Shown here: in pieces, positions 39,841 through 52,367 of the stretch
Layout: the number at the start of each line of letters is the position of its first letter
How positions within the stretch are numbered: the stretch's first letter is position 1
From: Chiloscyllium plagiosum
Taxonomy: Eukaryota
Direction: 5' to 3'
Length of the DNA: 64,000 nt
Assembly (NCBI RefSeq): GCF_004010195.1
Contig: NC_057728.1
Span: 43,431,989 to 43,495,988, forward strand
Notes under the pieces: generated by a model
What the model was told of the DNA's origin: nothing
Seen by the model: the letters and a program-made list of their open reading frames with translations, nothing else
The model's database searches: none
Position numbers and translations under genes: made by a program

Positions 39841-40919
39841 TTGTAATTACTTCATATTATTTTTATATTTGATCAGTAAGGATACGTATAGAATTTGGGG
39901 AATTTAGCATTAGTCTCTAATAATTCTTAGTTATCTTATGTTACATCTATATATAGTTTTATTTAATTATACTCTTTAGTTTGCAATGGCTCTTCTAAAA
40001 TTAATTTCATAAATAACACGTTTTCATTATTTTTTAAAACATTAATCAACACCATCCACAAAAGGCTTGAAACAGAAGTGCAGATGAGGAGTGTTGAAAC
40101 ACTCACTAGGCTTCATCAATGTGTTAAATCTCTAGTCGACTTTACAATAGAATGTAATACAACCACTATTCATCTGCCATCACTAAACAGATGATTGCAA
40201 TGAAATCAGCATCACCGTTTTAAGTGCAGCAAAATAAAGTTTCATTAAAATTAATCTTTAAAATTGATTGAAAATTATGGCAATGATGACAATAAGAAAA
40301 TATTCTTTAGATTCTTTGTCTGCAGTGAACCATTTAAAAGAAAGCAATTTCTACACTTCATACAGGATGCAATCTAAATAATTAAAATGTGTGAAAGCAG
40401 TATCACTGTAACATCATTATTCTCAAATATAAAAGTTATCTTAACATACTTAGAGAAGTCCTATGTTTATATGATGGTGACATTATCATGTGCTTCACAA
40501 AAAAACTTAATTACATGTATTAAATTTTAAAAATTATTATAAATTTTATATCCAAGATAGATCACTTCCATCTTTGCTTGAGGGCTACCAGTGAAAAGGG
40601 TTTCCTGATCTTTGGATGCTACCTGAACTGCTGTGCTTTTCCAGCACCACACTCTCAACTTTATGTAAAATCAAACCAGCAGTCTGTTCTCCAACAGGGC
40701 ATTAGGAGTGATGAGACAAAACCTCAAAAGAGTGGCTCCATGGGTGCATCTGCTGTTCTCTTTCAAGAGCAACAGGAGTCCCGTGGCGAGAGACTGAACT
40801 AGACCAGTTATATACATACTGTGCATGGAAGAGTGGGTCAGAAGTTAGGAATTTTGTTGCGCTAACTCATCTCCTACCTCTCCAAACATGTCTAACATCT
40901 CCATCTGCACTTCTTGCTG

Positions 40920-41260
40920 CCTTGGAAACACAGCCAACATCATCAAAAGTTACCCCCCAACCTTGGTTATAACCCCCTCCATTCTCTTCCACCAGGCAGA
41001 AGATATAAAAGCTTAAACACATGTATCAACAGGTTCAAGAACAGCCTCCTCCCCACTGTTATGAAACTTCTGAAAAGACCTCTCAAATTTCAAATCTAAT
41101 GTTGATCTTGCTTTTTTAGCATCTTCTTTGCAGCCATAACATGTATTCCTCCCTCTGTCCAATCCCACTATGATCTTCATATCTGCCTGTACTGCATGCA
41201 AAACAAAACTTCACTGTACTTAGATACACGTTACAATAGTAACTCAAATTAAATCACATC
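40920..41260 (+). mobile_element. Rex1/Babar-like LINE 3' end
   Basis: LPPGRRYKSLNTCINRFKNSLLPTVMKLL is the typical ORF2 C-terminal motif. Confidence 0.7.
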
Positions 41261-41849
41261 AAACTTATGAGACTCAAGTGCGATTGATTGCACTCCAATT
41301 GTTTGGATGAATGCACCTCCAACAAACCAAAAAAAATGGCAGCATCCAGGACAAAGCAACCCACTTTCACTGATGTGCCACCCCTCACCTGAAACATTCA
41401 ATCACTCCACCATCAATGTGTAGTGACTGAAATGCATAAAATATATAATAATTCTTCAATCTTCCTTAAACTCAGGAATAGCATCAGAAGACTGGAATAT
41501 TATAAATATGACACAAATAGTCAACAAATGATTTTAAGACAAGCCCATTGGTGGAAGCTTCTGGAAAAAATAATTCAGGATAAAATAGCCATTTGGGCAA
41601 ATGTAGGTTAACTGTGGAAACCCAGCATAGAAAAATGTGTTAAGGAAAAATCATGTTTAACGAACATGCTGGAGTTTTTTGAAAAGGTAACTGTTGGTGA
41701 GTGCAATATTGTTAATGTAGTGTTTTGGACTTCTGAAAACAAATTTGCTACAGTGTCACACAACACAATTCTAAGTGAATTCAGAGCTCATGGATAAAAA
41801 TAGCAACATGGATGTGAAATTGATTAACAGGAATCAGTGAATAGCGGTT

Positions 41850-44800
41850 ATAGAGTCATAGAAATGCACGGCATGGTAACAGATCCTTCGGCCAACCAGT
41901 ACATGCCGTTCAGATATCCCAACCCAATCTAGTCCAGTCTGCCAGCACCCAGCCTATATCCCTCCAAACCCTTCCGAGTTGTAGACCCATCCAAGCACCT
42001 TTTAAATGTTGCAATTGTACCAGCCTCCACCACTTCCTCTGGCAGCTCACTCCAAGAAGGGGAGTAGAGACAACCCTGGTAATTATAGACCAGTGAGCCT
42101 TACTTCAGTTGTTGGTAAAGTGTTGGAAAAGGTTATAAGAGATAGGATTTATAATCATCTCGAAAAGAATAATTAGATTAGGGATAGTCAGCACGGTCTT
42201 GTGAAGGGTAGGTCGTGCCTCACAAACCTTATTGAGTTCTTTGAGAAGGAGACCAAACAGGTATGTACCGCAAGGGTCGGTGTTGGGTCCACTGCTGTTC
42301 GTCATTTTTATAAACGACCTGGATGAGGGCGTAGAAGGGTGAGTTAGTAAATTTGCAGACACCACGAAGGTCAGTGGAATTGTGGATAGTGATGAAGGAT
42401 GTTGTAGGTTACAGAAAGACATAGATAAGCTGCAGAGGTGGGCTGAGAGGTGGCAAATGGAGTTTAATGCGGACAAGTGTGAGGTGATTCACTTTGGTCA
42501 AAGTAACCAGAATGCAAAGTACTGGCCTAATGGTAAGATTCTTGGTAGTGTAGATGAGCAGAGAGATCTCGGTGTCCATGTACACAGATCCTTGAAAGTT
42601 GCCACCCAGGTTGACAGGGTTGTTAAAAAGGCATACCGTGTTTTAGCTTTTTATTAATAGAGTGATCGAGTTCCGGAATCACGAGGTTATGCTGCAGCTG
42701 TGCAAAACTTTGGTGCGGCCACACTTGGAGTTCTGGTCACCACATTATAACAAGGATGTGGAAGTTTTGGAAAGGGTGCAGAGGTGATTTACTAGGATGT
42801 TGCCTGATATGGAGGGAAGGTCTTACGAGGAAAGGCTGAGGGACTTGATGCTGTTTTCATTAGAGAAAAGAAGGTTGAGAGGTGACTTAACAGAGACATA
42901 TAAGATAATCAGAGGGTTAGATAGGGTGGACAGGGAGAGTCTTTTTCCAAGTATGGTGACGACGAGCACAAGGGGGCATAGCTTTAAATTGAGGGGTGAT
43001 AGATATAGAACAGATGTCAGAGGTAGTTTCTTTACTCAGAGAGTAGTAAGGGTATGGAATGCTTTGCCTGCAACGGTAGTAGATTCGCCAACTTTAAGTA
43101 CGTTTAAGTCGTCATTGGACAAGCATATGGACGTACATGGAATAGTGTAGGTTAGATGGGCTTCAGATTGGTATGACAGGTCGGCGGAACAACGAGGGCC
43201 GAAAGGCCTGTACTGCGCTGTAATGTTCTATGTTCATACATGTACCACTCGCTGTGTGAAAAAGGTTGCCCCTTAGGTCTCTTTTATATCTTTCCCATCT
43301 CACCCTAAACCTATGCCCTCTAGTTCTGGACTCCCTGACCCCAGGGAAAAGACTTTGTCTATTTATCCTATCCATGCCTTCATAATTTTGTAAACCTCGA
43401 TAAAGTCACCCCTCAACCTCTGATGCTCCAGGGAAAACAGCTCCAACATGTTCAGCTTCTCCCTATAAATCAAATCCTCCAACCCTAGCAACATCCTTGT
43501 AAATCTTTTCTGAATCCTTTCAAATTTCACAACATCTATCTGATAAGAAGAAGACCAGAATTGCAAGCAATATTGCAACAGTGGTCCAACCAATGTCCGG
43601 TCCAGCCGCAGCATGACCTCTCAGTGCCTATACTCAAAACTCTGACCAATAAAGGAAAGCATACCAAACGCTGCCTTCATTATCTTATCCACCTGCCACT
43701 CTACTTTTAAGGAGCTACGAACCTGCACTTCAAAGTCTCTTTGTTCAACAACACTCCCTAAGACCTTACCATAAAGTGCATAAGATCTGCTAAGATTTGT
43801 TTTCCCAAAATGCAGCACCTCGCATTTATGTGAATTAAACTCCATCTGCCACTTCTCAGCCCATTGGCCCATCTGATTAAGATCCTGTTGTAATCTGAGG
43901 TAACCTTCTTCGCTGTCCACTACATCTCCAACTTTGGTGTCATCTGCAAACTTACTAACTATACCTCTTACGCTCACATCCAAATCATTTATATAAATGA
44001 CGAAAAGTAGAGGACCCAGCACCGATCCTTGTGGCACTACACTGGTCACAGGCCTCCCGTCTGAAAAACAACCCTCCACCACCACCGTCTGTCTTCTATC
44101 TTTGAGCCAGTTCTGTATCCAAATGTATTCCGTGATATCTAACCTTTCTAACTAGTCTCTCATGGTGAACCTTGTCGAATGCCTTACTGACGTCCATATA
44201 GATCACATCTACCGCTCTGTCCTTATCAATCCTCTTTGTTACTTCCTCAAAAAACTAAATCAAATTTGTGAGACATGATTTCCCATGCACAAAGCCATGT
44301 TGACTATCCCTAATCAGTCCTTATCTTTCCAAATACATGTACATTCTGTCCCTCAGGATTCCTTCCAACAACTTGCCCATCACCGATGTCAGGCTCATTG
44401 GTCGATAGTTCTCTGCCTTGTCCTTACCACCCTTCTTAAACAAATTCCTCACCGTCTAAATCCTTAACACTATGGCAGTCCCAGTCTATGTTTGTAAAGT
44501 TAAAATCCCCTACCATAACCACCCAATTATTCTTACAGAAAGCTGAGATGTCCTTACAAGTTTGTTTCACAATTTCCCTCTGACTATTAGCGGGTCTATA
44601 ATACAATCCCAATAAGGTGATCATCCTTTCTTATTTCTCCGTTCCACCCAAACAACTTCCCTGGATGTATTTCCAGGAATATCCTCCCTCAGTACAGCTG
44701 TAATGATATCCCTTTTCAAAATGCCACTTGCCCTCCTCTCTTGCCTCCCTTTCTATCCTTCCTTCAGTGTTTGTATCCTGGAATATTAAGCTGCCAGTTC

Positions 44801-45525
44801 TGCCCATCCCTGAGCCATGTATCTGTAATTGCTATGATATCCCAGGCCCATATTCCTAACCATGCCCTGAGTTCATCTGCCTTCCCTATTAAACCCCTTG
44901 CATTGAAATAAATGCAGTTTAATTTATTAGTCCTACCTTGTCCATGCCTGCCCTAACTGTCTGACTTGCTTCTTTTAGCAACTGTACCAGTCTCAGATTG
45001 ACCTCTTTCCTCACTGTCTCCCTGGGTCCCCCCCCCCCCCCACTACCACCACCTTACTAGTTTAAATCCTCCCAAGCAGCTCTGGCAAATCTCCCTGCCA
45101 GTATATTAGTCCCCTTCCAATTTCAGTGCAATCCATCCTTCTTGTACAGGTCACTTCTACCCCAAAAGTGATTCCAATGATCCAAAAATGTGAATCCTTC
45201 TCCCATACACCAGCTCCTCAGCCATGCATTCATCTGCTCTATTCTCCTATTCCTGCCCTCACTAGCTCATAGCACTGGGAGTAATCCAGATATTACTACT
45301 CTCCCTCTTAAAAGAGGACCTCCTTCTTAAATTCCTGCCTAACTCTCTGCAATCTCCCTTCAGAATCTCAACCCTTTCCCTTGCTATATCGTTGATTCCA
45401 ATGTGGACAATGACCTCTTGCTGGCCCCTCTTCTCCTTGAGAACATTCTGCACCCTCTCTGAGACATCCTTGATCCTGGCACCAGGGAAGCAACACACCA
45501 TTCTGATTTTTTGCTGCTGGCCACT
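41850..45525 (-). mobile_element. CR1 (same subfamily as 21215-25872), internally deleted, split by a plus-strand CR1
   Basis: Tail 41850-42054 resumes at ~43236; RT KFADD; ORF1 esterase CCFPGARIKDV at 45262-45534. Confidence 0.92.
42053..43235 (+). mobile_element. Younger 5'-truncated CR1 with internal deletion near 42262
   Basis: NYRPVSLTS, PQGSVLGP, WNALP; TGTTCTATGTTC tail. Confidence 0.92.
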
Positions 45526-46544
45526 GTTAATCAAAATTTTTCAAAGTGAAGGACATTTTGTATTAGAGTTTCCCAGGGTCAGTGTTAAGGCTCTTCCTGA
45601 AATATATTGATGATCTAGACCCTAACAAATGAAGCATAATTTCCACATTTATGGATGATGAAACGTATTAACATCGTGAACTGTGACAAGGATAGTGTAG
45701 AACTTCAAAAGACATAGATAGACAAGAGGTGAAATGGCAAATGAAATTCAATGGAGAGTAGTGTTAAGTGTTCCAATTTTGTGGGAAGGTCACTGAGACA
45801 AAATATAAAATAAAGGGAACAATTTTAAAGGAAATGCAGGAGCAGAGGGACCTGGGTGTATAAGTGCATTTGTCAATGAAGGTGATAGGGCATGTGACTT
45901 AATAAAACATACATTAACTTAGGCTTTAATAATAGGGGCATATAGGATAAGAGCATGAATTTATATTAAAGCTGTACAACAGTGGCTCAGCTTTAACTGA
46001 AGCATTACATCTAGTTTTGTGCAAATACAAAGATATTAGAGAGAATACATAAAAGATTCACAAGGATAGACCCAGGCATGAGCAACTTAATTATGTAGAT
46101 AGACTGAACATATGAGAATGGCTTTCCTTGGAGAAGAGAATGATGAAAGGAAATTTGATAGGGGTTTCAAAAACACAAGGGATCTCAACAGAAAAACATG
46201 GGGAAAACTGTTCTCTCTGGTGAGAGGATTGAGAATGAGAGGGCACAGATTTAAGGCAATAAACAAAATTAACAATGGAAACATAAGGAAAAATGTTTTC
46301 ATGTAGCGAGTGGTTAAGATCTGAAATGCGCTGCTGGATAAGTTTGACAGAGTCAGGTTCAATCAAAGCATTTAAGAGGTAATTGTATAATTATATGAAA
46401 AAGGAGTTGTAAGGTTACGGGGAGAAGGCAGGATAATTACACTTGGTGAATTGCTTATTTTGAAGAGACAGCCCATATACAATAGGCCAAATTGCATCTT
46501 TCTGCTGTAATTATTTTCCTGTAATCCTGTGATATAAAAGTTGA

Positions 46545-46855
46545 GCTACAGCAATACATCAAGTCTCCTTTGACAGCACCCTCTAAATTCACAAAATCCA
46601 CTCAGACAGAAAAGGGCAGCAACATTGGAATGTCAGTACCTGCAAGATCCCCTTCAAAGCCACAACATTTCTACCTGGAACCACATCGCTATTCCTTTAT
46701 TGTTTCATGGTGAAAATCATTCCTGACAGCATTGTATAGGTTGTACCTACTATGTGGCAATTGAAGAAGTTGACTCACCATGACTTTCTCACCTTCTCAA
46801 GGATACTTACAGATGGGCTAGCCAGTGCCACCTACATTCCAAGAAAGAATAAAGT
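46545..46855 (+). mobile_element. 3' fragment of second LINE family
   Basis: Reverse complement of the 35896-36250-type sequence. Confidence 0.6.
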
Positions 46856-47047
46856 AAAAACAATGACAACAGCTAGATATTCCACTAGTGACTTCACTGA
46901 TGGAATTTAACAAGTGAGTCAAAATTGCTACAGTCTAAAACTTGGCTTGCTTCACTCAGAGCTGCTCATCAAACAGAATTGTATGATATATTTTCACTGA
47001 AATGTAGTCACCATTATAATGTTGAAAACAGAAACTTCCCAACACTT

Positions 47048-47326
47048 GGGCGGCACAGTGGCTCAGTGGTTAGCACTGTAGCCTCATGGCACTAGGATCC
47101 CAGGTTTAATTCCAGCCTTGGGTGACTGTCTGTGTGGAGTTTGCATATTCTCCCTGTGTCTGTGTGGGTTTCCTCCCACAGGTCAGATGAATTGGCCATG
47201 CTAAATTGCTCATACTGTTGGGTGCATTAGTCAGAGGGAAATGGGTCTGGGTGGGTTACTTTTCAGAGGGTTGACGTAGACTGGTTGGGCTGAAGGACCT
47301 GTTTCCACACTGTAGGGAATCTAATC
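47048..47326 (+). mobile_element. HE1-type V-SINE
   Basis: tRNA head GGCGGCACAGTGGCTCAGTGGTTAGCAC (A box); V-domain TGTGGAGTTTGCATATTCTCCCTGTGTCTG; CR1-derived tail. Confidence 0.92.
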
Positions 47327-47739
47327 ATTTCACTGGCATAATTATACAATTCATATATTTAGTCTTTGTATCTGGTGCAGGCATTTGTATTTGCAGTGAA
47401 ATGTGAAAGAAATGTGAAAGAAATCCAAAAGATTTTAGTCAGGAAAAGCAATCCAATGAGTGTTCTTGGAAAAGACAGCCTCAGTTTTACCTATTTGTTG
47501 ACACTTACAATCCACCTTCTAAGATTTCTGTTGTTATTAGATTCTGGCAACATTGATCATCCCGATTTTGATGTCTTTTGCATTGGTAGCTATGTCTTCA
47601 GCAATATAAGTCCTAAACTGTGGAATTCCATCCTGAAACATCTCTATAAATCCTCTTTAAAACTTATCTCTTATGATCATCTATATCTCTATTTGCTCAG
47701 TGTTAAATTTTGTTTGATTATGCTCAAGTAATGAGGCTG

Positions 47740-48960
47740 GGCATGTGTTATCACACAGATGTTGGTGAATGATGAATAGGAGGAAGCACTTTTCAAATCA
47801 ACTCGTCTCTGGCAACTCGGGGAGTTATTAACTGCTTCTGTTTCCATCACTTCTTCCTCTGCTTCGTTGTCCTCTTCCACTTCTTCTAGCTTTCCCACCT
47901 GTAGTTGTTGCAAGAAAAGGACAACCCCTCATGATGGTAAAGTATAGAATATGAAGTACATCTCAAGGATTTTGAAGTGTAAGTAGTGGAATCTCACACA
48001 ATTAGTAAAAATATCAGGCTGCCAATAGGAAGTACGCAGGCAATAAGTTCAGTTAGGTAAAAACAATGACTGCAGATGCTGGAAACCAGATTCTGGTTAG
48101 AAACTAGGATGAGGTGGGGGAAGGGGAAATGAGGAAGCTGTTGAAATCCACATTGATGCCCTGGGGTTGAAGTGTTCCGAGGCGGAAGATGAGGCGTTCT
48201 TCTTCCATGCGTCTGGTGGTGAGGGAGCGGCGGTGAAGGAGGCCCAGCACCTCCATATCCTCAGCAGAGTGGGAGGGGGAGTTGAAATGTTGGGTCACGG
48301 GGCGGTTTGGTTGATTGGTGCGGGTGACTCGGAGATGTTCCCTAAAGCGCTCTGCTAGGAGGCGCCCAGTCTCCCCAATGTAGAGGAGACCGCATCGGGA
48401 GCAACGGATACAATAAATGATATTAGTGGATGTGCAGGTAAAATTTTGATGGATGTGGTTTCTAACCTCCAGCAACACGATCCCCTTGACTTGTCCGGAC
48501 TTGTCCGACCTGCCCAGCTCCTTTTCCACCTATCCACTCCACCCTCTCCTCCCTGACCTATCACCTTCATCTCCTCCCCCACTGACCTATTGTACTCTAT
48601 GCTACTCTATCCCCACCCCCACCCTCCTCTAGCTTATCTCTCCACACTTCAGGCTCTCTGCCTTTATTCCTGATGAAGGGCTTTTGCCCGAAACATCGAT
48701 TTTGCCTGTCCTCGGATGCTGCCTGAATTGCTGTGCTCTTCCAGCACCACTGATCCAGAATAATTTCAGTTATCCTGGTAAGTCTGGCACGCATGCAAAA
48801 CTAAGGTTTTCTTGTCCTCTTTTTTAATGCCAATAGGCAAGGAGATGTTCATGTTTTCCTTTTATAGAAAGCTTTGGTTACTTCTCTGATCCACCAGCTC
48901 ATTGCAAACTATGAGATATTATTAACAGTTGCACCCTGAAAGGAAGCTGCTACAAAAGGT
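47740..48960 (-). pseudogene. Degenerate Harbinger transposase, interrupted by a Penelope insertion
   Basis: FVAASFQGAT, IREVTKAFY, FACVPDLPG..IAC (like GFP..IDCTH), FTIMRGCPF, then an acidic tail. Confidence 0.7.
48056..48758 (-). mobile_element. Young Penelope-like element fragment (GIY-YIG) with inverted terminal piece
   Basis: FTCTSTNIIYCIRCSRCGLLYIGETGRLLAERFREH..GINVDF; hammerhead CTGATGAAGGGCTTTTGCCCGAAACATC at 48670-48697 (+); TSD AATAA(G/T)TTCAGTTA at 48042-48055 and 48759-48772. Confidence 0.93.
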
Positions 48961-49094
48961 TGAAAGCCACTGTGATTTGACTGTTTCTAAGTATTGTTGG
49001 AAACTCTGACTTCCTGTTCCTTTTGTCCACAAATAGGCAAATAGCCAGTAGCAGATAGTTTTGACTAATTGGCTGAATCTGTCCACTTGGCCAC

Positions 49095-49850
49095 TAAGCA
49101 TAGAAATGCAGCAGATTATTTAAAAGGAAAGAGACTGCAGAACTCTGAGGGACAAAGGGACTTGGATGTATGGATGCATAAATCATAAAATTGGTAGACA
49201 GGTACAGCAAGTGATTAAAAAAGCAAACAGAATGTTGTAATTTATTGAAAGGGTAATGGGATACAAAACAGGGGAGTATTGCTGCAGTTGCACAGAACAT
49301 TGGTGGAGTAACATCTGGACAAACTTGTATATTTTCGGCCTCCTTATTTAAGAAAAGATGGAAAAGCATCAGCAGCATTTCAAAGAAAATTCACTTGTGA
49401 TGGGGAAGATGAGCAACGATGAACAAGCTAGGCCTGCATCCTTTGGCATTTAGAAGAATAAAGCTGATCTTGATCCTGAGGGGTCTTGACAGATTGGATA
49501 CGGAAAGGATGTTTCCATTGTGAGAAAAACTAGGACTAGAGGGTACCACTTAAAACAAAAACGGTCTCCTATTTATGACAAAGATGGAGAGGACTTTTTT
49601 TCTCTCAGCCTCGTGAGCCTTTGGAACTGTCTTCCCCAGAGAATGGTGAAGACAGGATCATTGCGTATTTTGACAACAAACATAGGTGGATTTTTGACTA
49701 AAAAGGAAGTCAGAGACTATTGGTAGTGGTAGGAAAATGGATTTGCGGCCACAATCAGATAAGCCACAATTTTATTAAATGACAGAGTAGAGAGTAGGTT
49801 AGGGGACTGAATACCGTACTCCTGCTTCTAATTTGCATGTTCACATGTCT
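49095..49850 (+). mobile_element. Old CR1 3' fragment
   Basis: TRTRGYHLK..LWNCLPQRMV and CR1 tail. Confidence 0.8.
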
Positions 49851-52367
49851 GTATCTAATGCCTGCTTTAGTATAGTATACTGCCATAACGAATTCCACAT
49901 GGCCACTGAGTTAGTTTCATAGATATGTGTTATTTATCTGTCGATTTTAGGATATATCTGAACGTCCAAGGAATAAGGTTACACTTGACTTGTTCCTTGC
50001 TGCCATTGTTATATGTTGCATAAAGGTTAGGCAATCTTACAAAAGCAAAATACATACTATGTAGAAGACCTTTGCCATAAAATATGAAGCCAAAGTAAGG
50101 TTTAACTAAAATCTTACTATTCTCAGTAGTTACTTTACAAGGCTACTTATAGTAGATTTATGAGAGCATTCATCTAAGCATGTCAAGTATATATAAAAAA
50201 TTTTCAACATGTGAATCATGGAACTGTTACATCCAACATGTCACCAATATGAGTTTTTAAAAAGTTTGTGCTTCTAAGCATTTATATTTTCTTAATTGTA
50301 CTATCTATTGGAAACTAACTTTTGCAATTTGTACACAATGAAAGAGGTGATCTTCTGCCCTGATGCACTGAATTTGAGTCCTGATTCTGTTCAGTCTGTC
50401 AGGGGACCTGGATAGGAGATCAGCCCAGAAGTGGTCAATTAAGAGGCTGGTGCTGGGTCTATGATCTAATCAAGGTTGTTTGATGAGCCACTGAGGCGGT
50501 AGGACCAACCAAAGGATTTGCAGTTTTAGAAGTGCCCAAACTCACCAACAGACATGGGTGCTGTCACTGCTGGGAGGGTGCCTCCATCTTAAGGTAGTCT
50601 CTGAAGAGGCTACATTTTGATGAAACAAACAGCGATAACAGTTGTGAAACCCCACCTGAGGGTGATTGGAAGCAGTAACTACGATCTGCTGAAGCCTCTG
50701 ACTCTGTGGAGGTTGCTATAGTAGGTCTAGCTTAGTCATATTCAGGCTCCTGCCACCAATCTCCACAGTAAACCCAAATGTGAACACATAATTATGTGGA
50801 TTAACCCCATCTTTGCCAGACGAGTAGCCTCTGTACAAAGACTGCAGAACATGTTCACCCACTCGCCCGACATCAGTTTCCATTGAGTTCGCCATGGTTC
50901 TGCCCCCAAATCTGGCCTTGTGGACCAGGAAGATTCTGTTCAATGTATATCATTTGTTACTATGAGCTCAGCTAATTCATAAATGAATACAAAAGTTTTA
51001 GGACTAACCATTGTGCTTGAGTGCAAAACATAAAATACACCCTCCTAATTAGTTGGGTAAATAGTCAGTAAATTCCATTTAATTGCTATCTAGCAATCAT
51101 TGCATTTAACTGCCAAATGATTTAAAAGCATACAACACCCAACCAACTACTAATATCCATAGTACAATAAATTGCCTGCAATCAAATAACCATATAATCA
51201 GGTATTTAAAAATCCTCAGTAGTGACCAAAAATCTGTAAAGAACTCAGGGAATAATTTGCAATGTGTAGAAACAAATGTCTTATACTGCAGACAAATAAT
51301 CTGTACTGCATATTTGATATTGTACATGTAAAATAAATCAGCCCCTTTAATATATCAGCTGTAGTTCAGAATCTGTGAAATGAGTCATCACAGATTTGCA
51401 GCAGGACAGGATGCACTGTACAGAACATACGCAGTGGTATAATCTGAACACTTGCAATATCTATCATCTGCCATTGTTTGGCATTACCCTATACTTCACA
51501 CTTGCTCACCCATATGTGGTGAAACCATTGTGCATCTTAACATATAAGCTTGGAATTTACTGTCAGTGATCAACAGAACTTTAACTCATTCATATCAAAC
51601 CCCTCCCACTTAAAATTTAACAAGCATAGTAGCTAAATTAACATTTCCAATAAGTTAATGGAGAAAGGATTCCTATAATAACATATTTTATTAGATTCCA
51701 GCTTCTCCTCTCTACTGGTTTGATTTTATGAATTCTATTATCAAGTATATTTCTAACTCAAAAATAACCAGGTTAGATATAGAAACAAATTGTCTGCTTT
51801 CTAAAAGAAATAAGCCAGAAGAACTTCAAATAAGCATTAATTTTCAGTTATACAAACCCATCTATTTGTACAATTCATTTCAAAGAGGGTAACTATTTGA
51901 TTTTTGTCCACCTTAACTATCTTCAGTCAAAGGGCAAAATACATGGCACATCTCAGCCTCTTCTTGACATTCCATACAGTTCAGATACCAGTCTTCAGCA
52001 AATTTGATTCGCTGTGTCAAAAAAACAGCTGAGCATAATGAGGAAAAGCAGTGGCTCCCAACAACATCCAAGCTGTCGTGCTGAAGTCCTGTGCTTCAGA
52101 ACTAGCTATGGCCCTATTCGAGTTGTTCCTGCATAGTTAGAACACTGACATATACCTGGAAATCTTCTAAAGATCAGTTTTGATACAAACATCATTGTGA
52201 CCTTAAAAAATATTGTCATTTCTTCAGTCACGAAGTCAATATTTTGGAACTCGCTCCATGGTGCACCAAATGGACTGCAGCAGTTCAAGAAGCCACTCAC
52301 CATTCACTATCACCTTCTCAAGACCAGTTAGAGATAGACAATAAGTTTTGGCTTTTTCTGACTTTCA

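Larger units (their letters stand above)
41540..46535 (+). mobile_element. Old CR1, split (41540-41849 and ~45526-46535) by a nested CR1 pair
   Basis: KGKSCLTNMLEFFE on the left resumes as RVSQGSVL on the right and runs to a CR1 tail. Confidence 0.75.

Noticed and set aside
47048..47120. tRNA gene
   Set aside because: It is the tRNA-derived head of a V-SINE, with a degenerate B box
47689..47913. Acidic ORF (VGKLEEVEEDNEAEEEV) with an apparent acceptor, as a host exon
   Set aside because: It follows Harbinger transposase motifs on the same strand, matches their acidic C-terminal tail, and has no good donor
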